Origin: Salpingoeca rosetta
Taxonomy: Eukaryota > Protista > Choanoflagellata
Assembly: GCA_033442325.1 (NCBI GenBank)
Contig: JAWQFM010000018.1
Coordinates: 1,077,441 to 1,141,440, forward strand
Length of the DNA: 64,000 nucleotides
Direction of reading: 5' to 3'
Under the pieces are notes generated by a model that had not been told where the DNA came from, did not search any database, and was given only the letters and a program-made list of their open reading frames with translations. How positions within the stretch are numbered: the stretch's first letter is position 1; every line of letters begins with the position of its first letter. Shown piece after piece: positions 20,103-36,400 of this stretch. The position numbers were made by a program, and so were the translations under genes.

Positions 20103-20302
20103 CTATGCTGCGGCCTCGACGACTTGGTTTCGGACGACCTGGAAGACGCCGACAAGATCTGCGAGCTGCGCGCGCTCATTCGCGCCGTACGCGAGCCGTT
20201 CCCTGCTCGTGTCGTGCATTCAAGGGGGTTTGGGGGTTGGAAGGAGGACGAGGTGTTGCAGTGAGCGTGCATCTTGAACCACACGATTGCGCGCGTGCGT
20301 GC

Positions 20303-20345
<43 letters not shown>

Positions 20346-23300
20346 CGTGTGTGTGTGTGTGCTCGTGTGTGTGTGTGCGTGTGTGTGTACGCACTCAATT
20401 TGCGCCAGGCGGTCGAGGAGAAGGAGCCGCGATGCAGTGGGAATGTCCAATCTGATCATGCACATGAACACCAGCCGCAGGGTTGGTAGCAGCAGCAGCA
20501 CACACGTGACGTGAACGCGGTGATACCGAGGCGCGCATGCATGATTGTGGAGGTGGTGTATTCTCTGTGGTGTCAAGAGTTTTCAGGTACGTTGTTGTTT
20601 CTTTCACACACGTTTGCGAAATACAAACAGACACAACACACACACACACATACAAAGCACACACACACACACACCCCACACTGCACCTGTGAATGAATTC
20701 GTGCACGTCGTGCAAGATGTCTTGAAGCGCAAGCCCCTGTTCCGTCTTAATCTCCATAATCTCTGCAATCAAGCAACAGCAACGATGGTGGTGGTGGTGG
20801 TGGTGGGTTGTTGCGGGTTGTCGTAGGTGGTGGTGGTTGTGAGTGAGGTAAACGCAGGCATGAGCGTTGTGCTTGAGGAGTCGCGTGGCAAAGTGCGGTC
20901 ACGCATATGTACGCGCTCGCACACACACACACACACATACAGACAGACATACACACACACACACACACACGCAATGACCAACTCACTGCGGAAGGCGGTT
21001 TTGAACGATTCGTTGAGCATGACTTCTACAATGGCCTCAATGTCTGCGGGAAGCGGCGTGCCCGTGCACAGATAGACGCCTTCGTCATTCACTTTGTTGA
21101 ATGCCATGAATGTACTCTGCAAAGGCGTCACCAGTGTGCAGAGTGTAGTGCACGCAATGAGCGTGTGAACGGGCGAGGAAAAAGCACAGAGATACAGATT
21201 GTGTGTGTGTGTGCGTGTGTGTGCGTGTGCGTGCGTGTGTGTCATGCAAACGTGCGTGCGTGGGTGCGTTCTTGTTTGTGTGAAACATACTTTTGACAAG
21301 CTGTACAAACCTGGAGGATGTTGAGGGCTTTTCGCATGTCACCCGACGCAAGCTTCACCAACGCCTCAATGCCCGCAGGCGTCGTCTCAATGCTGGTGTA
21401 AGTGAGCGAGTGTGTGTGTGTGTGTGCCAGTGAGCAAGCGCATGTGCACATATGTGGAAGGACAACGGTCACTGCGATTCCTGACAGCAGAAAAGGAAAG
21501 TACAAGGGGCCGCTCTTACTGTTCTGCATCGATGACACGTTGCACCTGCTGGATCATGTGCTCTGTTGCCAGCGGCGCAAATCGGAATCGCGTGCATCGA
21601 CTCTGCCATATGGGTGTGCATGAGTGTGAGTGTGCGTGTGTGAGTGTGCGAGTGTGTGTGTGAGTGTGCGTGTGAGTGTGCGTGTGAGTGTGCGTGTGAG
21701 TGAGTGATTGTGTGTGTGTGCGTGTGTGCGCGCATGTAGGCTCATGCACGAATGTAGTTGCACAAGTATGATTGCGTGTGAGGGGGCGCACGAGCCTCTG
21801 TGTGCAGTGAGTGCAGGGTATTGGAGAACATTGTGCAAGCATGGTTACACAGCACGTTTGCACACACGCACTTGCAAAGCTGGGGAGATCTTGGACACGT
21901 AGTTGCAGATGAGACAGAAACGGGTGTGCTTGGTGTACTTCTCAATCACTGCACACACGTTTCCGGGGTAGCGATTGACATCAAGTGAGTAAGTGAGTGA
22001 GTGAGTGAGTGAGTAAGTGAGTGAGTGAGTGAGTGAGTAAGTGAGTGAGTGCGTGAGTGAGTGAGTGCGTGAGTGAGTGAGTGAGTGAGTGAGTGAGTGA
22101 GTGAGTGAGTGAGTGAGTGAGTGAGTGAGTGAGTGAGTGAGTGAGTGAGTGAGTGAGGGTGGGTGAGTGAGTGAGTGAGTAAGTGAGTGAGTGAGAGAGA
22201 GAGTGAGTATGTTGTGCTTGAGTGTGTGCGAGTGAGTGAGCGAGTGCGAAAGTGTTTGTGCATGGTTGCAAGTCAACGACGCTGACGACTGCGGGAAGTC
22301 AAGACCGCAAAGGTGCTGTGTAGATGCTGAGGCGTGCTGATGCACGGGCAGTACCTCGACGAAGGGCAGCCTGAGCGTCGTTGGTCATGGCGTCTGCCTC
22401 ATCCAAGATGATCAGTTTGAAACCGGCACTGTATGATGGGCACGAAAAACGAGAAGGGGAGAGAAGGGAAAAAGCGGGGATCAACAACGTGTCGCACATG
22501 AGCTTGGCGTGGTCACTCGAGCTTGGAAGTGCGCGCAGCAGCTTCACCAGCGCGCAATGTGGTCACATCAGCTTGTGCCCAACCACAACCACGCACACAC
22601 ACACACACACACACACACAGCCACACCAACCATAGACACAACCACACAGTTACCATTACCTGAACACTGTCTTTGTGCTGGCAAACGTCTTGATCTGCTC
22701 GCGGACAACGCCAATGCCGCGGTCATCCGAGGCGTTGAGCTGCAAGAACGAGCAACGGCAACAATAGCAACAAGAACAACAACAGAACAACAACAGACAC
22801 AGACACAGAATCAAGAACAAACCACGCGTTAGGATAGCACCGGAGCGCCAACGGCAAACAAAGCACAGCCGCAAAAGCCCAAGCGTGAGCTGTGCTAGTC
22901 GCGCTCATGCCAGTGTGTGCGCGTACTTCATGTCCACCCGTCGTCGGAGTCTGTGTTTGTATGCGCGCGTGTGTGTGTGAAGCTAGCGCACCTCCAAGAC
23001 CATGCTCTTGTATGCTTTGCCGTAGAGCTGCTTGGCACATGCTTTGATGGTGGATGTCTTGCCAGTTCCTGGTGGGCCGTAGAACAAGAGATGGGGCAGC
23101 CGTTTCTCATCCACAAATCGCTGGACTATGCGTCACGGCATAAGCGCCAGCAGTTGTTGCGAGAGCGCGCGATGAGTGTTGATGGTGGAGCAGTGTGTGT
23201 TTGGCGCAAGTGGAGCGCGCATGTGCATGCATTTGCATGAGTGAGCGTCATGTTCGCGAAAGGTTGTGTTTGACATGATACGCACCACGGACCCCATCAC

Positions 23301-23632
23301 CACCAACAGCCCCGCGTGCACGTACTTGTGTCGATAATCTCCTTGTGCGAAACAAGCTGGTCCAGGGAATCCGGGCGGTACTTCTCCACCCTGTGTGTGT
23401 GTGGGGAGGGGGGCAAGGAACTTCTGTCAACTCACCGATCCAGACACAGACAGATGCACAGACACAGACACAGACAGAAAGACACACAGACAGACACAAA
23501 TACACAGACAGATACACACGTACACAGACACAGACACAGACACAGACACACAGACACACAGATACAGACACACAGACAGATACACAGACAGATACACACG
23601 TACACAGACACAGACACAGACACACACACACA

Positions 23633-23691
<59 letters not shown>

Positions 23692-23728
23692 ACCATGGCA
23701 AGTTTGTTGTTGGCGCGCTGGACGTCAT
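20103..23728 (-). CDS. RFC5: Replication factor C small subunit (human RFC5 / yeast Rfc3 type)
   Basis: [110 protein letters not shown]; last exon [13 protein letters not shown]...EAAA*. Confidence 0.95.
21984..22205. repeat. (GAGT)n tetranucleotide microsatellite in an RFC5 intron
   Basis: Read directly from the sequence. Confidence 0.93.
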
Positions 23729-24664
23729 CTTGGCAGGGACTGAATCAAGTCTTTAAATGGGAATCCGGACAACGGTTGAATCGTCCCGGAACTATTATCA
23801 AATACACAAAGCATGCCAATTGGTGTGAGCCCTCAATTCCACAAGATTCCCCAATACAATGCACCCCGCCAAAAAAAAAGAATTCTTCGGCCATCGTTGT
23901 CGACGGCATAATTTTGTTTTACAACGACACAGCGTGCTCTGCTTCTTCGTGCGTGCGCTGCGAGTGTTGCGTGTCCTTTTCCTTCTGTCCACAAAGGTGA
24001 GCAAGCTGACACGGCAACGTGGTGGTGATGATAGCGATGATGATGGCGATGATGATGGCCATGGCCATGGCGATGAACAACCCGGGTGACATCAGAGAGA
24101 GAGAGAGAGAGAGAGGTGGGGAGGGGGGGGGGAGTTTGTTAACTTCCTCGTCTGTCTTCGTGTGCTGTGTGTGTGTGTGTCGTTTTGGAAATGGGTGCGA
24201 TCGCAAACCCTGCAAAACCAGGTGCATTGCGATTCCGAACACGTGATTGTCGATCGCGCACACACACACATATACAGTCGTGGAGATCGAGCGCGTAAGC
24301 ACGCTCACTCATTGATCGTCATCCATTCTCTCATGGTTGTTTGTTCGACAATGCATGCACAACGTTGACAGAATCCCTTCAAGACTCTTCTCCTCGCATC
24401 TTCTTCTTCTCTCATCTTTTCAACTTCCCCCATTTCAGCCAAACACATCACACAACAAACGTCCAAGGTACGCCAAGTGGCATCTCAACAGCTTGCATTG
24501 TCTCTTTTTGCTCCGCATATCAACGTGCCACGCACAAGCACACACAACATGCCACACATCCACACAAAATGGATGCACCCACGTGGGTGATATGTACTTC
24601 AACCGACGACAATGGACTTACACGCCCCTCATGTGTTTTGGTTTGGTTTGTTTGGTGTGGTCAG

Positions 24665-27739
<3,075 letters not shown>

Positions 27740-28588
27740 ACCACGCAGCCGTGGCGGGTTGGCGCTCCACGATGCCACCTCTGGTGCGCTGTAGTGTAAC
27801 TCCCCCTCCCCACCGACCTTGTTTTCATCTGGAATCTGTTTTGTTTGTTTTTGTTCCTCGTTGTGCGATCACGTGACAGACCCCCTTCCATCGCCACCCA
27901 TCCTTCTTGTTGTGAATGTTTGTTGACTTTCTCTCTCTCTCTTGTTTTTGTGTTGTGTTGTTTGTTTCCCTCCCCTTCCTATAGCCATGTCCAGGGATTG
28001 TTGTTTGAGAGGTTTTGTTCTTCTTGTTTGTCTCTGTTCCTTCTGACACGCGGTGACGGCGCCAAGGTGTTGGATGTTGTGTTTTCCTGTTTGTGCCGAT
28101 GTTTGGGTTTCCTTCGTCTTGCGCCCGTTGCTGTCGTTTGACTGCGTCCGCCGCCGTGTGTTACCGACACCCTAAGCTCTTTTTATCTTCTTGCCCGCCA
28201 CAGTCGCTGGCATTGCGCCTCGTACTTGCTGCTATTCACTCTCTCGTTAGCTTGATTAGGTGTGCCGCAGCGCGTGTTGTCTCGTCTCTCTCCACACGAG
28301 CAACACTGCTGCTGCTGCGTCACACATGCACCCATGAGGCGTGGTGCTTCTTTCCTCTCGTCATTTTATTCGATTGTTAGGCTGTGGCATGCGAGATGCT
28401 GCTCCGTGCTCTCTCCTCTTCTTCCGAGAAGGCACTAGGTATGGAGCGTCAGTGTGTGGGGTGTTGTGCCGTTTCCTCTCCCTTTTCTCTTTTGGGTGTT
28501 GTTTGCCCGTCCATTGTGTCGCTTGTTGTCCTCTTCATTTGACGTCTGGTCTGTCCCTTGCGTTGCCCTTCTCAACAAAGCCCGTCTG

Positions 28589-29107
28589 TCACTTTCGTTG
28601 GTCTGTCGTTGCATCCTTTGTTTGTTTCGTTGTTTCGTTTGCGTGTTGGTGTTGTTGTGTGCGTTTGCACGGTGGGTTGTTGTGGCCGAGAGCGTGTTGC
28701 ACGCCCCTTCTTGCCCTCCACAACTCCTCCTCGTCATGCCCTCTCCCCTGTTGTAGCGTCTTTCACTCCCTTGACAGACAGATGCAGCATGGGATTCGCT
28801 CATGTGCGCGCCCACCGTTTGGTCGTGATTTTGCTTGTGCTCGTCGCCATAAACAATTGTTTGTTCGTCTACTTGAGCAAAAGGAACTACAGCGACACTC
28901 TGTGCGTGCGTGCGTGTGTGTGTGCGCGCGCGTGTGTGCACAGAGTGGTGGGACAATGGGTGCATGCATACATGTGTGTGTGTTCTTGCTGTGTACATGT
29001 GGTCGAGTTGCTGCATCGGGTTGTTGTTACTTGGAGCTGAGGAGGCCAACCTGTCACGTCAAGCTGATGTGAGGGGCGAGGCAGCATCGGAAGAGCCATG
29101 TGCAAGC

Positions 29108-29175
<68 letters not shown>

Positions 29176-29817
29176 CAAACCTGGGATGAGGGATCGACGT
29201 CCTTCCAGGCCGGCACGACGTACTGCACGTGTACATGCACATGGCGTTTGTGTTTGTGTTTGTGTGTGAATGTGCACACGTGCGCCTGTTGGAAAAAGTA
29301 GGCGAGCAATGGGTGCATATGGTCAGCCAGACACAATGACAACCTCCCTCTCCCTCTCGTTTCCTCACCTTGCGCGCCGTCACCGCCCACGCATCACCAC
29401 CGTTTGCATGTGCTCTGGGTGAAAGCAGCACAAGCCATGCAGCAGCAGACAGAGACAATGACATGCATCGAATGTGACATGGAGGCGGCAAGTGGAGATG
29501 GATGGACGAGTCATCAGCAACAAAACCTCAATGGCATCAGCAAAATACACGCCAAAGCGGCGCTGTTTCCTCTTCTCTCTGTCTCTCTCTGTCTCTGTCT
29601 CTCTGTCTCTCTCTCTCTTCTTGCAGGCAGACAGAATCCCTTTCACTGCTGTGGGAAAGACACGTACATCGCGTCTGCTGCTGGCATGACCTGTTGAAGC
29701 ACAGACGCTGGGAGCTGAGGGACAGGGCATGAGCGAGCGTGAATGGTCACGAAAAGTGCATGGGTGCAGAGAGATAGGACAGACACACAGACACACACAC
29801 ACACACACAGACACACA

Positions 29818-29858
<41 letters not shown>

Positions 29859-30909
29859 ACACACACACACACCTGATGCGCGTCAATCCCGCCAGTTTCC
29901 GTATCAAAGACTTCACTGGAGAGCAAATTCGCCTGCTCCACATCCATGGTAGCTGCCGCCACACCCACGCCGTTCCCTCCATCGCCGCCATCCACCATCT
30001 CCTCTTGCTTCACACGCGTCCCATTCCCTGCTGCCGTTGCTGTTGTTGCTGCTGCTACTCCTGGTGACATGGCGGTGTGCAGACTGCCCTGCTCCCCGTG
30101 TTGCAAGCTGCTCTGCAATCGTGGTGTCCGCTGCTGCAAGGTGTGTGTGAGTGTGAGTGAACGTGTGTGTGAGTGTGAGTGAGTGAGTGAGTGAGTGAGT
30201 GAGTGAGTGAGTGTGTATGTGAAGCAATGTGAACCAGAGTCCGTGTGTGCAGGCACGAGTGAAACGCCATGAAGCATGATGATCACGACGCCCCACCACG
30301 TACGGAACACAACATCTGAGCAGCGCCGCCTGCCATATAACCCTCCTCCCTCCTGCCACATTACCTCGTGCTCGTGTATCGCTGCGTGCAAGTTTGTCTC
30401 CACTTGTTGCAGCTGCTCCCCAAAGCCCATCACGTCGTCCTGTACATACCTGCTCAATCCCCGGAGACCGCGGGGTGTCACCTCTCGCACAGCAGCAGCG
30501 ACAAGTGTCTGCACATGACCGGGCAAGAAGAACGAGCAGGTGGTAGTTTGGTGCATGTCAGCGAGCGGAGCGACGGTGGACGCCCTTGCGCACTTGCGAT
30601 TAGTCACACACGCAAACACGAACGCAGCAATACAGGGAGACAGGCATTTCCACACATCCACAAAGCAGAGGCGGAGGAAGAGACTCAGAGGCGGTGGTAG
30701 AGACTCAGAGGCGGAGGCAGACACACACAGACACACAGATACACAGACACACACATATGAGCACAGGCAAGAGCACCTGATCGGATGCGGAAGCAGAGTG
30801 GTGATCCTTGAGAGTGCGCGTGAGTTGACACACGCGTTCAATAAAGGTTCGCGTCGCGCCTTCCAGCACGGACAGCGAATGATCCGACACGCCTGCATAC
30901 GCACGTACA

Positions 30910-30947
<38 letters not shown>

Positions 30948-31786
30948 CACACACACACACGCACACACACGCACACACACACACACGCACACACACGCAC
31001 ACACACGCACACACACACACACACACACGCACGCACAAACACACACGTACACAAACACACACACACATACAAGTTCACAAGCACTGGTGAGAGGTGCTTG
31101 TAGCTGTTGTTTTGGCAAGCCGTATGCGAGTCGTAGCTCTCATGGTGCAAAACACAAGCGAGAGTCAGTCGGCACAATACTCACAAGAGAACCCGGCATG
31201 TGCTGCGAGGGTGGCCACCGCCGTATGCAGCGAGCGGCATCCGTCAACATAAGGGTTCTCCACATCTGCAAGAGTGCACCGCAAATTACGTGAGCAACAT
31301 CTGGGGGGATCGGCCAAAGGCGCAGCTTGTAGTTGGTTGACGTGCACCCACATGTGTGTGTATGTGTGTGTGTGTGTGTCACGCACTCACACTCTCACAC
31401 TCTCACTCTCACACACGCTCACTCTCTCACTCTCACACACTATCACTCTCACACACTATCACACACGATCACTCTCACACTATAATGCTCTGTGCAGGCA
31501 AACACACTCAGTTTCACTCGTTCAGCACCTTGTTGTGCGAGCAGCGTGGATGCAAGTGTTGTCATCTGTGTGGCAGGCAAGCAGCATGCAAGGGTATGAG
31601 AGGACTTGGATGTTCATGTCGCGTAGCATGAAACATGAGGCGCAAGCAACTTGCATTTCAAGATGAAGACAAGCCCGACATATTCACCCGTCACAGCAAT
31701 CCATGCTGTGTACGGACCGAAGTTTGCTGTGGGGAATCATCGGTCATGGCAGCTTGAGGTTGGCCGGCCTGCCTCTATCAGTGCGC

Positions 31787-31877
<91 letters not shown>

Positions 31878-32560
31878 TGTGCGTGCATGCGTGCGTGCGT
31901 ACAAGTATGGTGTGTGAGTGTGTGTGTGAGTGTGTGAGTGAGTGTGTGTGAAGGATGCACATCCGTGAAAGTGATTGTTGGGAGTGGAAGACCAGTGCAT
32001 GTGAACATGGGACAAGGGGCAGTGTTTGGTTCGGACATGAGCAGGCCAAAGCCACGCCTTGCTCGCCCAGCCTCACACCAACAGAGACGGACAGAAACAT
32101 GAACATTCATTCGCACCTTTATCCCTCGAAGGCGATCGCGCAGCTGGAGGATGCGAGACATGGACGCAATGTTGTGCACGACTGGGTTGTGCGCCAGCAC
32201 TTGCGTAGATTGGTGTGGTTGTGGTTGTGGCGGTGTTGTTGTTGTTGTTGTTGTTGTTGTGCCTTGGTGCCCACCGTTAACGTCAGTTGAGGAGGAGGAG
32301 GAGGATGATGGCACGTGATCATGGGGAAGAGGCTGGTGTGGAGCATAGTGCTGTGGTCTGCGTGGAAACACCGCCCCTGAATAGTCACTCTTCAGCGCCC
32401 CCCTCAACGTCCCAATCACGTCCTCCACGTCATCCACGTCCTCCTGCTGTTCCTCTTTCTCTTCCACCACGGCTGCCTGCTCCTTCTCTGCCACTGCATC
32501 ATCCCCATCCTTCACACCACCACCACCACCTGTAGTCGTTTCCGCGCACCCGTCCTTCAT
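28589..32560 (-). CDS. SUPT7L/Spt7-like bromodomain-associated histone-fold protein (putative SAGA subunit); 3' end uncertain
   Basis: Spliced core CRSLHTAVATLAAHAGFSCVSDHSLSVLEGATRTFIERVCQLTR...AVREVTPRGLRGLSRYVQDDVMGFGEQLQQV resembles the SUPT7L AVATILAHAGF.C histone-fold region. Acidic low-complexity first exon (32560-32116). Several short phase-compatible 3' exons; the stop at 28589 is one of several options. Confidence 0.65.
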
Positions 32561-33473
32561 CGCTGCATTTTGTGGTGTCGGACACGAAATGGCGCGCGGC
32601 TTCTTTTGCTTGCCTCGCTTGTGCCTGCAAGCACATCACATGTCACACCCCACACCTATGTCAAGCACTTCCGTTCCTGTCACGATGGCAGCTTCATCAT
32701 CACGGCACAAGCCCCCCCCCCCTCCTTGCCACCTCCATCACGACTTCTTTCCCCTTCCCCCTCCATCCTTGCTGACCAAAACCCGCATACATGGCTTCTT
32801 GGCTTGCTGTGTAAATTGGGAGAGGCAAGACAGAAAAGAACACACACACACACACACACACACACGCACCAAGACAAACCACAAACGGACAGCATGTGGC
32901 GAGACGCCCAAGTCGCAATCGCGCGCAAGCAAGCGAGCAACGTTTCTCTTGCGCACCCGCACACAGTGCTTGCCACAGACACCACAAGCACACAGACACA
33001 GACATAGAAACGAAACCATCACATCACCGGAAACAAAAACACGTGCAACAGCCTCATGACACATAGTCCAGAACGTAGGGAAAACAAGCCCTCAAAGGCA
33101 GGAGGAGCGCCAATGGAGGACACCCAGTGGGCAAGTAAAGAAAAGGAGAAAGCGTGGGGTCGTAAAAAGGAGAAGACACCAAAAGCAGAGGTTATTTCAC
33201 AGACGAGCGCAACAACAAACGCACAGGTAGGAAACAAGAGGCACTCAAACAACGCTCACACACAACCTTCCATCTCATACACAAGGACATCCGCACAATT
33301 ATCACCACATATGCCACTTTCATCACAGCAACGCAAACAGCAACAAACACAAAGGTTGGTTGTAGAACAAACCAAAACAAAGATGTGAAGGAGGAGAAGG
33401 TGGACAAGGTAGAAAGGAAGGAAAAAGAAAGAAAGGCGGCATGTAGCGGATTGTAGGTGTGAGGAGGGATCAT

Positions 33474-36400
33474 CTACGGGTTGACAATGGTGAGCGAGAC
33501 ATCGTCCACGTTGACCTGCAGGCGGCGGGCGGTGTTCTCAAACTCAACGGTGACAGAGTTGAAGGCGCTGTGTTCCGCAGTGACAAAGCCAACAACGGAG
33601 AGCTCCACAAACTCGCCGCGAATGACGTCCGTCTCCAGGACGCGGCGCGAGCTGATGAGCATGCGAGCATCACCCTCGCCAGCGTACACCTTCGCCTCCA
33701 TCTGCAAGAAGCGGTCCTGGTCCTGGCGCCAGCCAACGCGGAAGGTCATGGTCACCTCGGCAAGCGTGATCAGCTCAACGTCGCTGACCACCTGGCTGAT
33801 GGCACTGTTTGCGTTGACAAAGGCGACGTTGTTGCCCTCGGGCGCGCCGTCGGCGTACTCGGCCGCAGATGGGTGGAACACGCCGGAAACGCCAGAGACA
33901 ACCCAGTCCGTGATCACCGTCTCAAAGTCGCCCTCGTTCGCAAGAACCTGCGACTCAAAGCCCGTGTTGCCCAGAGGAACACTCACAAACTCCGTGGTCG
34001 TGGAGGTCGACGACGACGTGGAGGTCGAGGTGGAGGAAGACGTGGACGTGGACGACGAGGTGGATGTGCCCGTGGTCGTGTCCAGCGACACATCCACGCT
34101 GATGTTGTCAATGCCGACCTGCTGGCGGTCAGCAGTGTTGGTGATGACAAGGCGCAGGCGCTCGCCCCAGAGCTCAGGGCCAAAGTCAACCACGTCAACC
34201 GTCACAGCAGCAAAGTCGCCAGGGCCAAGGCCAGTGAAGAAGAACTCGGTTACCTTCGCGCTGGCAACCAGCTCCTGACTCTCCTCAGCGTACACGTCAA
34301 GGTCCGCCTGCAGGAAGCGGTCGTAGTCCGCGCGCCAGCCGACGTTCACCGCCACCTGCACGTGCACCTTGTCGCCAAGACGCACGCCCTGCAGCAGCTG
34401 CCACGCGCTCGCCCCCGCGTTGAGGTACAACACCTGGTCCTGGTCCGGCACGTTGTACTCGCCGTTGTTGGGGAAGAAGGTGCCAGCCTGGCCAGAGAGC
34501 GCCCAGTTGTCCGCAGCCGCAATGAAGCCGCCAGCGCTCAGCTCGTTGTCCTCAAAGGATGGGTTGAACACGGATGGAGGAACAAAGGGTGTTGTCGTGG
34601 TCGTCGTGGAAGAGGACGACGATGTTGACGTCGAAGTCGATGTGGACGTGGAAGTCGACGATGTCGTGCTTGTGGAGGTCGAGGTGCTGGTCGAGGTGGA
34701 GGACGATGTGCTGGTGGACGTGGAGGTTGAAGTTGAGGTTGAGGTGCTCGTGGACGTGCTCGTGCTGGTTGAGGTTGAGGTTGAGGTGGAGGTAGACGTG
34801 CTTGTGGACGTCGACGTAGAGGTGGAGGATGAGGTAGACGTGCTGGTGCTGGTAGAGGACGACGTCGAGGACGATGTGCTCGAGGTCGTCGACGTGGAGG
34901 TGGAGGTGGAGGTCGATGTCGACGTGGATGTGGAGGTGGAGGACGTGGTTGATGTAGAGGTGGAGGTTGACGTGGAGGTGGAGGTGGATGTCACCGTGGT
35001 CACGTACTCACGCTTGCACATGTACGAGCGGCGGCGCGTGCAGGGAAGCTCCTCCCACTCGCCGTTCTGGGTGTTCTGCACAAGGCACGCGCCTGGCGTC
35101 GTCGCAGACGCAGCAAGCGGCCACCCAAAGTCAACCGCCTCGCTGCCGTCAACCCACTCAATACTCGCGCCATCGTCGGTCAGGTGGGCACCCAGCCACA
35201 CCTGGTTGTTGGTCGTCGAAGCACGAATCACAACAAGCACAAAGTCAAGCTCCGCCTGCGACAGCACGCTCACCAGCGAGCCATCCCACTCGTCAACGCA
35301 GTAGGCCCACGCCTCGTCAAACGTCACCTTCTCATCAACATACTGGTACAGCGACCCATCAAACACGGCAACGCCAGGCTCAACAGTGCGGAACAGCGTG
35401 CTGGTGCTTGTCGACGTCGACGTCGACGAAGACGTGGAGGAGGAGGTGGATGTCGTGGTGGATGTCGACGAGGAAGTCGACGACGACGACGAGGTGGATG
35501 ACGACGACGAGGTGGTCGTGGACGTGGACGACGATGTGGAGGAAGACGTGGAGGTGGATGACGATGAGGACGTCGAGGTCGAGGTCGAGGACGACGTGGA
35601 CGACGAGGTTGATGTCGTGCTGCTGCTGCTCGTGGAGGTGGACGACGAGGTGGAGGTAGAGGTCGAGGTCGAGGTGGACGACGATGTGGTGAAGGCGTTG
35701 CGCTTGCAGATGAAGCCACGCAGGGACTGGCAGCCAAGGTCGGCCCATGTGCCGTCACGCTCGTCCGTGGTGCCCGTGTTGAAGACAACGCAGAACTGGT
35801 CGCCATCAAAGTTGTTGGGCTCACCCTCCTCCCATGGCAGCGGCCACAGGCGCGTCGTACGGCCGTCCTGCCACCAGATGCTGTCGTGGGCCTCGTTGAA
35901 CTCGGCGCCAATCCACAGCTGGCGCAGGTCTGTCGTCTTGGGCACAATCTGGCGCAGGAACGTCTGCTCCTCGGCGTCCAGGATGGTGGCGAGGTAGCCG
36001 TCCTCAGCTTCGCAGCTGGCCTGCGCATCATCCTGCGACTGCTTGTCCTGGATCACGCGGAACTCAAAGTTGCCAAACTCGGTCCACTCTGGTGTCGTTG
36101 TCGAGAACGATGATGGGAGGGTCCAGAGAAGAGGGAGCAGAGGAGAGGGTGTGTGTGTGTGTGTGTGTGTGTGTTTCGGGTGAGCAAGGGGGTGCATCGG
36201 AAACGTCAGAGAAACAGGCGGTGCGCGCATACAGACGACAATAAAGCAACACGAGCGTACAGACAACAAGTGAACGCGTGCATACGAGACAAAGTGAAAC
36301 ATCACAGCTCCAAGAGCAGTTGCATGCATGCATGCATGCATGCATGCATGGTGCCATTCTCGCAGATGAGTGAGTCACACGCACCAACGAGGTTATCGAC

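Noticed and set aside
32557-32568. Three-codon uORF (ATG CAG CGA TGA) overlapping the SUPT7L-like start
   Set aside because: The transcription start and true start codon are unknown, and it could easily occur by chance.
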